Positions 1 through 9,508 of a DNA stretch of 64,000 nt are shown here, piece after piece. The number at the start of each line of letters is the position of its first letter. Position 1 is the first letter of the stretch. The position numbers and the translations under genes were made by a program. The notes beneath the pieces were generated by a model that had not been told where the DNA came from, made no database searches, and saw only the letters and a list, made by a program, of their open reading frames with translations. This DNA is from Smithellaceae bacterium (lineage in GTDB: Bacteria; Desulfobacterota; Syntrophia; Syntrophales; Smithellaceae). The stretch is from assembly GCA_963667845.2 (NCBI GenBank), contig CAXXVL010000002.1:288001-352000 (forward strand). The letters run 5' to 3'.

Positions 1-334
1 GCACGAGATTATTCTTTAAAACATAATCCGTTGCTCCTTTCTTGAGCAGTTCCACCGCCAGTTCCTCCCCCAGGGCGCCGGAAACGAAAATGAACGGGAT
101 ATCCGGGCACTGACCCAGGACAATATTCAGGGCCGATTTTCCGCTGAACCCGGGGAGCGAATAGTCCGCCAGAATCAAGTCCGGCAGAAATTCGTCCAGC
201 TGTCTGGTGAAGTCCGCCTTCGTGGCAACCCTCGTCGACACGAAGTTTATACCGGCCTGCTTCAATTCATCTTCCATCAATTCGGCATCGGCCGCGGTGT
301 CTTCCAAAATCAAAATACGTAATGGTTCATTCAT
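1..334 (-). CDS. Response regulator, N-terminal receiver domain (runs off the window edge)
   Basis: Manual translation from ATG at 334: MNEPLRILILEDTAADAELMEDEL...PDLILADYSLPGFSG...FIFVSG...GATDYVLK; GAGGG RBS upstream. Confidence 0.9.
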   Translation of the reverse strand, partial: MNEPLRILILEDTAADAELMEDELKQAGINFVSTRVATKADFTRQLDEFLPDLILADYSLPGFSGKSALNIVLGQCPDIPFIFVSGALGEELAVELLKKGATDYVLKNNLV

Positions 335-388
335 TTGGCTACCCTCATATTATATTTGTCGATGCCTGGGTTGGATCCATCCGCAGAT

Positions 389-823
389 TCAACAAGCATC
401 GACGTTTAATGTAGTCCAATAATTCATAGTATGCTTGATATCCTGTGCAAATCTATCCGCATCCAGCGGTTTGACCAGATAACTGTTCGCGCCCAGCCTG
501 TAGCTCTCCTTCTTATCTCTTGTTTCATTGGACGACGTAAAGATGACAACAGGAATGCACTTTGTTCTTTCATCCGACTTCAGCAGTCTCAGGACCTCCA
601 TCCCATTGACTTTGGGAAGTTTCAAATCCAGCAGGATGAACCGAGGAGTGCACGGATTCGAGGCTGCGCCTTCTTTTGCATCGCGGAAAAAGTAATCGGT
701 TGCTTCCACGCCGTCCCTGAGGATATGCGTCCCTAATTTAATTTCCGATTCATAAAATGCATCCAGAATCATTTCGAGGTCATGGGGATTATCTTCAATA
801 ATAATGATCTCGGCGTTCGTCAT
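389..823 (-). CDS. Single-domain response regulator (Rcp1-like)
   Basis: IEDNPHD, ILLDLKLPKVNG, VIFTSS, GANSYLVKP receiver motifs. Confidence 0.93.
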   Translation of the reverse strand: MTNAEIIIIEDNPHDLEMILDAFYESEIKLGTHILRDGVEATDYFFRDAKEGAASNPCTPRFILLDLKLPKVNGMEVLRLLKSDERTKCIPVVIFTSSNETRDKKESYRLGANSYLVKPLDADRFAQDIKHTMNYWTTLNVDAC

Positions 824-829
824 CGTCCG

Positions 830-1090
830 TCAGCCCCTTATCGGCAGAGAAAAGTAAAATGCTGCACCCTGCTGTAGCTTGCTTTCTGACCAGAGGGGGC
901 TCAAGTGGCGGTGAATGACTTTCAGCTCGGCAATCACCGTCAGTTGCTGCTTGGCGGCAAAAGCCGTAGCCGATTTCTGTTTCTGATAAATATAAGATTC
1001 CAGGAAAATAACACAGGCACAGGCCAGAAAAAAAACAACGAAAACAATCGCAGATAGCTTGTATTTTTTCTTGTGAAGAGGATTTGCCAT
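830..1090 (-). pseudogene. Sensor histidine kinase with large in-frame internal deletion
   Basis: N-terminal TM helix joined directly to the HATPase C-terminal tail IHRH...WSESKLQQGAAFYFSLP; lies upstream of two receiver genes. Confidence 0.75.
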
Positions 1091-1137
1091 TCTTCGGTTT
1101 GCTTTCTTAATATAAACTATAATCTGTTTTGACGAGC

Positions 1138-1165
1138 ATTATAACGCGAATAATCTTCATTACAA
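1138..1165 (-). promoter_or_regulatory. Putative sigma70 promoter of the two-component operon
   Basis: TTGTAA-16 nt-TATAAT on minus strand. Confidence 0.45.
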
Positions 1166-1339
1166 GTGCGTTTCATTTCATCTTCCGCCCGTTACTTCCC
1201 GGTTCCGGGGCCAAACCGGGACGAATCTCGTTTTTTCCACCAGCGGATTCCGAAGCATCTCACGAATCCCTTTTCCTGCCTTCCCACCTTTTCTTCAGTG
1301 GGAATACCTGTTCCAAAGTATTCCGGGTCATGACAAAAG

Positions 1340-1363
1340 CTCGGAATGCGCTGGCATTCCGAG
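1340..1363 (-). terminator. Probable terminator after usp gene
   Basis: 10-bp perfect stem CTCGGAATGC/GCATTCCGAG followed by CTTTT on minus strand. Confidence 0.55.
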
Positions 1364-1387
1364 TGGGTTCAATCTGTTGATGCTCGC

Positions 1388-1840
1388 TCAGCTTCTGACC
1401 AGCAATACCTGACCTTTCGCTCTTTTGATGACTTTATCGGCCACACCGCCCAATAGATTCTTCAGAATACCCGTCTTCCCGTGCGACGCGATGACAATCA
1501 AGTCAATGCCTTTTTCCTCCTGCTCTTTGAGAATCTCTTCATAAGGGATGCCTCGTTTCGCCTCGTAAATAACCTCTATGCCGGCATTGCCGTCGACAAT
1601 TTTTTTGGTTTCCTGCTCAAGCTTCTCTTCCGCATTCTTCATGCTATCGAGCATAATTTTTTGCACCGTCCCCTCGTCGAGACAATAGTCTACCGCACAC
1701 TGCTGGAATCCATCGTCAATCACGTGAAAGAGATAGATTTTTGCTTTGCTCTCCAGAGCAATATCGACTGCTTTCTTTAACGCGTTATCCGCATAAGCTG
1801 AAAAATCCGTCGGGACTAATATTTTCTTCGGTGCAAACAT
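1388..1840 (-). CDS. Universal stress protein (UspA family)
   Basis: KILVPTDFS and DLIVIASHGKTG...LGGVADKV motifs. Confidence 0.95.
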   Translation of the reverse strand: MFAPKKILVPTDFSAYADNALKKAVDIALESKAKIYLFHVIDDGFQQCAVDYCLDEGTVQKIMLDSMKNAEEKLEQETKKIVDGNAGIEVIYEAKRGIPYEEILKEQEEKGIDLIVIASHGKTGILKNLLGGVADKVIKRAKGQVLLVRS

Positions 1841-1994
1841 AATTATTCCTCCTTTTTTTTGTCAAACATAGCCAATTATCTTTAACTTACAATAAGAGTT
1901 GTTCTATAGGTTACTGGTAGTAAAAAACTACCAGTAAGGATTATTTGGAACAGCTACCGGCAGCCAGATAGTTTTATCCTGCAATATTAGTAAA

Positions 1995-2032
1995 TTAAAG
2001 CCTCCTCCGGGCTTGCCGGGAGGAGGCTTTAA
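1995..2032. terminator. GC-rich hairpin, probable intrinsic terminator
   Basis: TTAAAGCCTCCTCCGG-GCTTG-CCGGGAGGAGGCTTTAA inverted repeat. Confidence 0.7.
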
Positions 2033-2123
2033 CCGGTCAGGGGATCTCATGAAGTTCGAGATTGTGCGCGATATGTCTGCCTGTTTGCCAGGCAATCAGT
2101 CGAACTGCACTTAGTTGATTTCT

Positions 2124-2297
2124 TTACGATGCCTTCTTAATGCCCGGATCACTGTTTTCCATGGGCGACGGCAGGAGGCCTATAATATTGTTTCGGTATT
2201 CAATGGCAGGAATACTGTCTTTCAAAAAATGGCCCACAAACTTGTCTATGCGGGACTGCAACTGCTGCCAGCGCGGATCAAATATTTGCTCATTCAT
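2124..2297 (-). CDS. Small 57-aa protein, weakly CsbD-like N-terminus
   Basis: Not in ORF track; AGGAGG RBS then MNEQIFDPRWQQLQSRIDKFVGHFLKD...KKAS-stop; followed by hairpin at 1995-2032. Confidence 0.5.
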   Translation of the reverse strand: MNEQIFDPRWQQLQSRIDKFVGHFLKDSIPAIEYRNNIIGLLPSPMENSDPGIKKAS

Positions 2298-2676
2298 GAT
2301 GTACCCTCCTTTTTGATTTAATTATTTTTGAGTGCCGTTTCGTGAAGAAAATATTCGACTGGATGGCCAAAGACAATACGGAATAATTAAGAGCATATTA
2401 GCAGGTAATACCTACCATCGGGAGGGAGATCGAGAAACGTCTAAAATCGATTTATATTTCTGAATTCAGGCAAGTTATTCCTAAATTGTTTCATTTATGT
2501 AAGGCCTGCAATCGGCGTGAAGCCGTTTCCGGCCAGGTCGCGAGGGCCGGAATAGAAGGCGAGGCCGAAGCCAAGGCGAGAAACTTTCGGCATCGGGCCA
2601 TACGGCATTGCCAGACTATTCGCCGATGCTTACGATATTCAGGAAATGTCAATTTCGCGGATTTCAGCGGAGGTCT

Positions 2677-4134
2677 ATGTCTAAATATGAATATGATCTT
2701 GGTATATTAGGCGGAGGGGCGGCGGGCCTGACCGCCGCGGCCGGGGCCGCTCAATTCGGAGCAAAGACGATCCTCATTGAAAAGTCATCCCGCCTGGGAG
2801 GAGATTGTCTTCACTTCGGCTGTATTCCTTCCAAAACGTTAATCCGGACGGCGAAAGTCGCGGCGTTCATCCGCCGGGCCCGGGAATTCGGCCTGCCCGA
2901 GGCCGGCCTTGGGTCCATTGACCTGGGCGCTGTCATGGATCGCGTAAAATCCGTCATCGAGAAGATTCAGGAACACGATTCACCCCAGCGGTTCTGTACG
3001 CTGGGGGCCGAGGTCACCTTCGGAGAGGCATCTTTTATTGACGCCCACAGTGTCGAACTCGCCGGGAGGAAAATTTCGGCTGCACGCTGGATTATTGCCA
3101 CGGGCTCTGCTCCGGCGCTCCCTCCCGTCGAAGGTCTGGGGTCGGTCCCCTATTGGACAAACGAAACCCTTTTTGATCAGCGCCGGCTCCCCGGCAAATT
3201 GATCGTGCTGGGCGGAGGGCCGGTCGGCCTGGAACTGGCTCAAGCCATGGGCCGGCTCGGCGCCCGCGTAACCGTCGTGGAATTTGCGGATCAGATCCTG
3301 GGACCGGAAGACGCCGATATGGCCGCAATCATTCGGCGGCGCCTGGAACAGGAGGGTATTACGATATTGACGTCAACCCGCGCCATCCGTGCCGCTTATG
3401 TCGACGGGCAAGCCAGCTTGACGATCGGCAATGCGACCGGAGCCGAGACCCGGGTCATCACGGCTGCTGCACTGCTGGTGGCGGCAGGGCGCAGGCCCAA
3501 TAAGGAAGGGCTGGGGCTGGACAACGCCGGCGTCATCCACACGGCGCGCGGTATTCCGGTCGACGCCAGAACAAGAACGAACATCCCCCATATTTATGCC
3601 TGCGGCGACGTGAACGGGCAATTTCCCTTCACCCACGTCGCGGGCTATGAAGCGGGAGTCGCACTGGCCAATGCCGTTCTGCATCTGCCGCGACGGGTGG
3701 ACTACAGCAAAATCGGCTGGTGCACGTATACGGACCCCGAAATTGCCAGCATCGGGCTCAATGAAAAGAGAGCCCAAAAAGAAGGCATTGAGTATCGCGT
3801 GTGGGAGGAATCTTTTGCGGATAACGACCGGGCCATGGTGATGGGTGAAACGGAAGGCAAGATCAAGCTGCTTGTGAGCCCCGCCGGAAAAATACTGGGC
3901 TGCCAGATCGCCGGCGCCAATGCTGGAGAGTTGATCCACGAGTGGGTTGGGGCGATATCCGGCGGCGTGAAACTTTCCACGCTGGCCCAAGCCGTCCATA
4001 TCTATCCGACGCTTTCGGAAATATCCAAACGGGTGTCCGGAAAGCCGTTTGCCGAAAAGATCTTCAGCGACCACACCCGAAGCATTCTCAAGTTTATCTT
4101 CAGCCTCAAGGGGCGCGCCTGCTCCGGACCGTAA
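2677..4134 (+). CDS. Pyridine nucleotide-disulfide oxidoreductase (dihydrolipoamide dehydrogenase / mercuric reductase-like)
   Basis: GGGAAG FAD motif, GGDCLHFGCIPSK redox disulfide, GGGPVGLE, HIYPTLSE; GGAGG RBS before ATG 2677. Confidence 0.93.
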   Translation: MSKYEYDLGILGGGAAGLTAAAGAAQFGAKTILIEKSSRLGGDCLHFGCIPSKTLIRTAKVAAFIRRAREFGLPEAGLGSIDLGAVMDRVKSVIEKIQEHDSPQRFCTLGAEVTFGEASFIDAHSVELAGRKISAARWIIATGSAPALPPVEGLGSVPYWTNETLFDQRRLPGKLIVLGGGPVGLELAQAMGRLGARVTVVEFADQILGPEDADMAAIIRRRLEQEGITILTSTRAIRAAYVDGQASLTIGNATGAETRVITAAALLVAAGRRPNKEGLGLDNAGVIHTARGIPVDARTRTNIPHIYACGDVNGQFPFTHVAGYEAGVALANAVLHLPRRVDYSKIGWCTYTDPEIASIGLNEKRAQKEGIEYRVWEESFADNDRAMVMGETEGKIKLLVSPAGKILGCQIAGANAGELIHEWVGAISGGVKLSTLAQAVHIYPTLSEISKRVSGKPFAEKIFSDHTRSILKFIFSLKGRACSGP

Positions 4135-4159
4135 ACATTTGCCGGCGGATCGCCCATCA

Positions 4160-4897
4160 TCAGGAAGATGTAAAGCGGGGATCAAGAATCTGCCAGCCGG
4201 ATGAAATCTTCCTGGATTTGAGAAAGACCATCGTGGCGGACGCGTCAAACACAGTTCCCAAATTCCTATCGATCAGCTTGGCGAGCGCATTGCGATCGGC
4301 GATCTCCTGCCACCTTGTGATCAATTTGACCCTGCATCCCCGGTTGCGCATAAAATCCAGTGTTTCCTCCAATACTGAATCACCGGTCGAGGACAGACCA
4401 TAAAAAACATCCGGCTCGAATGCGTCGCGGTTAAAACCGATCAGATAGTAACCGCCGTTTGCCGTGGGACCAATCACCGCGTCGTTTTCGTCGCCGTCGG
4501 CAAGTGTGCTGAAAGCCGCCTCGACAACTTCACGCGGCAGGTCGGGACAGTCCGATCCGATCCAGATGGCGGACCGGACTGCACGGCCGAAACAATCCGC
4601 AAACGCGTTTGTCATCTTTTCTCCGGTGCTGTCCCCCCGCTGCGGGTAAACCCGGATTTGGTTTGCGCAAAGCGTCCTGACCTCCTTTTCCATGCCCTGC
4701 GGATGAAAAACGTCCACGGCGAAGGGCCCGTCTTTCATCGCCGCCAGTGTATCGGAGAAAAAATGTTTGTAAAGCTCCGCGCAAAAGTTCATTCCCACCT
4801 CTCTCGCCAGCCGCGATGTAACGTCTCGGGCCTGAGTCGTCCTGGCAAAAACGATCAGACATTGATCCTGTTGCATGAATTCACTCCTTTTTGGCAA
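4160..4897 (-). CDS. DUF2064 / TIGR04282-like glycosyltransferase-fold protein
   Basis: QRGDSTGEKM, IGSDCPDL, VIGPTANGGYYLIG motifs; true start may be a few codons downstream. Confidence 0.85.
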   Translation of the reverse strand: MPKRSEFMQQDQCLIVFARTTQARDVTSRLAREVGMNFCAELYKHFFSDTLAAMKDGPFAVDVFHPQGMEKEVRTLCANQIRVYPQRGDSTGEKMTNAFADCFGRAVRSAIWIGSDCPDLPREVVEAAFSTLADGDENDAVIGPTANGGYYLIGFNRDAFEPDVFYGLSSTGDSVLEETLDFMRNRGCRVKLITRWQEIADRNALAKLIDRNLGTVFDASATMVFLKSRKISSGWQILDPRFTSS

Positions 4898-4909
4898 AAG
4901 TTTGACATA

Positions 4910-5725
4910 TCATTTACGGCCGTAAAGAAAAGGCATCACCAGCATGGATGACAATCTGAGCGCCCTTTCATCATGATAGCCGTGAAGACCGATTTCCATC
5001 TTTTCATGGCCCGCATCCGGTTGGGCTTTGTAGGTGCCGAAAAGCCGGTCCCACCAGGGAAAGCTGAAGCCGTAATTACTGTTGGTTTCTTTGAATAGGA
5101 CGGAATGGTGCACGCGGTGCATGTCTGGCGTGACCACGCCGAGGCGGATGAAGCGGTCCAGGCCAAACGGAATCCTGATATTTCCATGGTTGAACATCGT
5201 TGCACCGTTGAGCAGAATCTCGAAGATCAAAACGGCCAAAGGTGCCGCGCCCAGGCCGGCGACGGCCGCCATTTTGATAACCAGCGACACCATGATCTCC
5301 AGCGGATGAAAACGGATCCCGGTCGTCACGTCAATATCCCGGTCCGTGTGGTGCACCATGTGCAGACGCCATAAAACAGGTGTCAGGTGAAACACGACAT
5401 GCTGAAAATAAATCACCAGATCCAAAAGCAAAACGCCGGCGATGACCGCCACCGGGTGAGGCAACGGGACATAATAAAAAAGGCCCCATCCCCTGTGCTC
5501 ACACAGAAGCGCCATGCCCACCGGAAGCATGGGGAAGATCAGCCGCACCACAGCCACATCGACGAGCTGCATGAGAAGATTGGCCGTCCATCGTTTGATT
5601 TTGGGAACCCCGGGCAGACGGCGGGGCACGGCGCGCTCGGCAAGCGCCACACCGGAAAAAATAACGGCAAAAAAGACCGCCCGGATGAGCCCCTCATGCG
5701 AGATGAAATCGATCCCTGTATCCAT
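4910..5725 (-). CDS. Sterol desaturase / fatty acid hydroxylase family membrane protein
   Basis: His boxes HVVFH, HMVHH, RFHP, FNHGN, HRVHH, NSNYG. Confidence 0.92.
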   Translation of the reverse strand: MDTGIDFISHEGLIRAVFFAVIFSGVALAERAVPRRLPGVPKIKRWTANLLMQLVDVAVVRLIFPMLPVGMALLCEHRGWGLFYYVPLPHPVAVIAGVLLLDLVIYFQHVVFHLTPVLWRLHMVHHTDRDIDVTTGIRFHPLEIMVSLVIKMAAVAGLGAAPLAVLIFEILLNGATMFNHGNIRIPFGLDRFIRLGVVTPDMHRVHHSVLFKETNSNYGFSFPWWDRLFGTYKAQPDAGHEKMEIGLHGYHDERALRLSSMLVMPFLYGRK

Positions 5726-5740
5726 CTTCCTTTGAATCGG

Positions 5741-6841
5741 CTACTTTTTCGACGAAAATAGCTTCACATATTGACCGTAGCCCTCTTTTTCCAGATCCTC
5801 TTTCGGGATGAAGCGCAGGGCGGCCGAATTCATGCAGTAACGCAGTCCGGTAGGCGCAGGACCGTCCGGAAAAACATGTCCCAGGTGCGAATCGGCGTGC
5901 TTGCTGCGCACTTCGGTCCGCGTGGCAAACAGGCTGCGGTCTTCCCGCTCGACGATATTTTCCGGATCAAGCGGTCTCGTGAAACTGGGCCACCCGGTCC
6001 CCGATTCGAACTTGTCTAGCGAACTGAAGAGCGGCTCTCCGGAAACAACATCCACATAGATACCCTCGGCTTTATTTTTGTCATACTCATTTTGAAAAGG
6101 CGGTTCGGTGCCTTCTTTCTGCGTTACGTCATATTGAATTTTGGTTAATTTCTTTCTGAGCGTCGCATCATCGGGCTTCTTATACTTACTGCCCTCCTCT
6201 TCCATGGCCGCCCCGGCAGGCCATGTTTTCTTGATGAATGCGTCACGGCCCGACCCGCTGCGATAATATTTATACCGGAGGGGATTCTTCTTGTAATAGT
6301 CCTGATGGTAGTCCTCCGCCGGATAAAATTTCGTCAATTTAAGAATTTCAGTTGCAATGGGCTTGGCGAATTTTCCGGACGAAGCGAGCTTCTGCTTCGA
6401 TTTTTCGGCAATTTGTTTCTGCTCATCGTTGGCGTAAAAAATCGCGCTCACGTACTGCGGACCTCGATCGACAAACTGTCCGCCGGCGTCAGTCGGGTCA
6501 ATCAGATGCCAGAAACGGTCCAGGATCTGTTCATACGTTACTTTCTGAGGATCGTAATAGACTTGAACGGCTTCAATATGCCCGAGGCGCGCATAGTCTT
6601 CATAGGTGGGATTTTCTCCTTTTCCTCCCGTATAGCCTGAGATCACTTTGATGACACCGGGCATCTTTTCCATGTCCGCTTCAACACACCAGAAGCACCC
6701 GCCTGCCAGTGTTGCGATTGCTGTATTCTCGCTATTTGCCTGATCAGCCATCTTATTTTTCACCTCCGTTTTTCCGGTATCCGCATTCCCGCAGCCCCAC
6801 AGAAAGGCCAGCGCAATGACGAAGAAAATTATTTTTTTCAT
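5741..6841 (-). CDS. msrAB: Bifunctional peptide methionine sulfoxide reductase MsrA/MsrB, predicted lipoprotein
   Basis: LWGC lipobox, GGCFWC and AEDYHQDY (MsrA), GTGWPSF, HLGHVF, RYCMNS (MsrB). Confidence 0.95.
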   Translation of the reverse strand: MKKIIFFVIALAFLWGCGNADTGKTEVKNKMADQANSENTAIATLAGGCFWCVEADMEKMPGVIKVISGYTGGKGENPTYEDYARLGHIEAVQVYYDPQKVTYEQILDRFWHLIDPTDAGGQFVDRGPQYVSAIFYANDEQKQIAEKSKQKLASSGKFAKPIATEILKLTKFYPAEDYHQDYYKKNPLRYKYYRSGSGRDAFIKKTWPAGAAMEEEGSKYKKPDDATLRKKLTKIQYDVTQKEGTEPPFQNEYDKNKAEGIYVDVVSGEPLFSSLDKFESGTGWPSFTRPLDPENIVEREDRSLFATRTEVRSKHADSHLGHVFPDGPAPTGLRYCMNSAALRFIPKEDLEKEGYGQYVKLFSSKK

Positions 6842-6868
6842 TGGTTTAGAGATACCTCCTGCTTCTAA

Positions 6869-6897
6869 ATTTTAAGGATAGTATCTGCGATTGTCAA
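6869..6897 (-). promoter_or_regulatory. Sigma70 promoter of msrAB operon
   Basis: TTGACA-17 nt-TAAAAT, then AGGAGG RBS. Confidence 0.7.
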
Positions 6898-7124
6898 ATG
6901 CAGCCCCGCAGATAAGCTGATTTAGCACGCTATCATCATCCTTCGCTCAAGTGCCGGTTCATGAATTCGTTTGTTGTTTTGTGGACAGCTGATTTCCATC
7001 CGATGGAAATAAATTGAAGCAGCGATTCTATTGAAATGATAAATAAAAGGATTTGAAAATAGGGAAGCGCGCCTTGAAAAAAGCAATCGTGCCGTCAGTT
7101 CCGCGGGAAAACGGGATAAAGTGA

Positions 7125-7895
7125 TTAGACGATACGTGCAATCATGATGCCGGTCAATGCCGGATGCGATTTCAGGTAGGCCGGGAGTGTTTCTTTCGAG
7201 ATAACGACGGCGCCTTCTTTGCTGGAAGCATGAAGTAAATGCCAGTGCCCGCCCTGCCGGATCGCAAAACCGACATGCGCCACATCCAATCCTTCCCGGG
7301 CCGTTACAAAGGCGATAATATCGCCGGGATGAATCGCGGACTGTTGCTTTACCACTTCGTCTCTATCCACAATATAAGAAATTTTGCCGGAGAGCTTTCT
7401 TTCGATCATCATCATTTTGCAAAACTGGTCTTTACTTTTCAAACCGGGGTACAGGTCACGGTGCGTCGTCATGAAATTGATCAGTTTGCGTGCAGGGCGG
7501 CCAGCCGGAAGCCCCGATGCGTTTATTAATACTTTCTTCTTTTGATTATCTGCCAGCCAGTCGGTGAAATAATGCAGGCGCGAGGCGTAGCCGTCCGTCT
7601 TCCCCTGACGGTAACGGATGAACCTGAGATTCTTGCGAAATCGGGCGGGCGATAATTTCCCTGAAGCCGCTGAGCGGCTAAGCGCGATCACAGTCTCCAC
7701 AAAAGTTGTGCAGTCAAATGCGGTCAGGACGGCAATGAGCTTTTCCCGGCCTGCGTTCTCCAATGTATTTGCGCGATAGGGCGTACCCAGAAAAAGCCTG
7801 CCGATCTCAAGGGCCAAATCTCCCGGCGATATATCCTGCTCGGAAGCCATCTTCCCGAGATCACTTTTTCCGGGCCGATATCTTTCATTTTTCAT
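7125..7895 (-). CDS. DUF1460 NlpC/P60-like N-acetylmuramoyl-L-alanine amidase
   Basis: FLGTPY, FDCTTFVE, RLHYFTDW, GLDVAHVG, LLHASS. Confidence 0.88.
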   Translation of the reverse strand: MKNERYRPGKSDLGKMASEQDISPGDLALEIGRLFLGTPYRANTLENAGREKLIAVLTAFDCTTFVETVIALSRSAASGKLSPARFRKNLRFIRYRQGKTDGYASRLHYFTDWLADNQKKKVLINASGLPAGRPARKLINFMTTHRDLYPGLKSKDQFCKMMMIERKLSGKISYIVDRDEVVKQQSAIHPGDIIAFVTAREGLDVAHVGFAIRQGGHWHLLHASSKEGAVVISKETLPAYLKSHPALTGIMIARIV

Positions 7896-7931
7896 GATAA
7901 GCTCCCGGGGTCTCACAAGTCAGGAGGATTC

Positions 7932-9317
7932 CTATTCTTTGATCTGCAAATTTGTCTGCAAATATTTCTTGAATGCCTGGAAATCGCCGGTCATGGCAAT
8001 TGCGCTGCCTTGGCGGCGCGCCAGGCCTTTCATGCTTTCGGGAAGTTCGGGGTCGATGCCCAGGAGGCTTTTGATTTCTTCGGGAAACTTGGCGGGGTGA
8101 GCGGTTTCCAGGCAGATGGCCAGTTTCGAATCGCCGGTTTTCTTCTGATAGGCTTCCAAGCCCGCCCAGCCCACCGCGCCGTGCTGCTCCAGAATCACCC
8201 GATAGCGCTCGTAAACACTTTTGATGGTCTGCCGGGTTTCCTCGTCGGAGACACTCACCGAGAAGATATACCGGCGCATTTCCTGGAGATCAGGATAACG
8301 ATGGACGACACCGGCACGATCGACCGTGCCGCCATAGAGTTCAAAGAAGCGCGCCAGGTTGCTGGGATGTCCCACGTTCATGGCGTTGGAAATGCAGGCC
8401 CGCGACGGCGACACTTTCGTGTATTTGCCGGTTTCGAGATAAACCGGAAATTCATTATTTTCGTTGGTAGGCATGATCAGCCTGGCCACCGGCAATCCCA
8501 TCCGGCGGGCATATTCACAACCCAGGGCGTCGCCGAAATTTCCGGACGGAACAGAAAAAATGACCTCTTCGCCGCGACCGGCCAACTGAGCGTAGGCATA
8601 AATATAGTAAACGATCTGCGGCAGGATGCGGCCGAAATTGATGGAATTGGCCGACGATAAATTGAACCGGGCCAGTTCCCGGTCGGCAAACGCTTCTTTA
8701 ACGAGATTCTGACAATCATCGAATTTTCCGTCAACCGAGATCGCCCGGACGTTACCGCCGATAGTGTCGAGCTGTTTTTTCTGCATCAGACTCACTTCAT
8801 CAGCGGGATAGAGAATGGTCACGTCGATACCGCGAACATCTTTATAAGCTTCGCCCACGGCGCTGCCTGTGTCACCGGATGTCGCCACGAGAATATTGAG
8901 CCGCTCCCCTTCGGGGCGGCAGTGGCTCATCAACCGCGCCATCATTCGGGCGGCAAAATCCTTAAAGGACGCGGTAGGCCCCTGATCCAGGCGCAGAATA
9001 AAAGCGCGTGGATAAACCGCTTCCAGCGGTACGGGATAATTATAAGCGTCTTTCACGATCGCTTCGAGGACATCTTTCGGGAATTCTTCGGACAGGAAAG
9101 CCCCGGCAACAAGAAGCGCCGCCTGCCAGTATGGTTTATCCCGAAGCGACAGGATATCGCTCATCGAAAGCTGCGGGATGGCATCGGGTACAAACAGGCC
9201 TTCGTCCGGCGCCTGGCCGGCAAGCAGCGCTTCCTTAAAGGATACGCTCCCGGTAAAGGGGGTGATCCCGGCGACATGCTTCACGTGACGGTTGGTACTG
9301 TAATATCTTATGGCCAT
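7932..9317 (-). CDS. thrC: Threonine synthase
   Basis: GPTASFKDF PLP-lysine, ATSGDTG, SANSINFGR, VPSGNFG, TAHPAKF. Confidence 0.95.
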   Translation of the reverse strand: MAIRYYSTNRHVKHVAGITPFTGSVSFKEALLAGQAPDEGLFVPDAIPQLSMSDILSLRDKPYWQAALLVAGAFLSEEFPKDVLEAIVKDAYNYPVPLEAVYPRAFILRLDQGPTASFKDFAARMMARLMSHCRPEGERLNILVATSGDTGSAVGEAYKDVRGIDVTILYPADEVSLMQKKQLDTIGGNVRAISVDGKFDDCQNLVKEAFADRELARFNLSSANSINFGRILPQIVYYIYAYAQLAGRGEEVIFSVPSGNFGDALGCEYARRMGLPVARLIMPTNENNEFPVYLETGKYTKVSPSRACISNAMNVGHPSNLARFFELYGGTVDRAGVVHRYPDLQEMRRYIFSVSVSDEETRQTIKSVYERYRVILEQHGAVGWAGLEAYQKKTGDSKLAICLETAHPAKFPEEIKSLLGIDPELPESMKGLARRQGSAIAMTGDFQAFKKYLQTNLQIKE

Positions 9318-9508
9318 CCTGCTCATCCTTCTTTGTGGTGCTCTCCTATAAACTTATTGACGAAAATAAATCAACTAAAAACGACTGCGGGACCGCGGGG
9401 CCGCACTTCATTGGCCACCGAATTCCGTTTGGAAAATGCCGTCTTCTATGCTAAAAATCAAAGAGGCTTTCGAAGAGAAGCCGTATTTTAAATGATCGGA
9501 TGGGAAAA

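Noticed and set aside
2677..4134. Calling the oxidoreductase merA
   Set aside because: No C-terminal Cys-Cys pair, no NmerA domain and no mer operon genes
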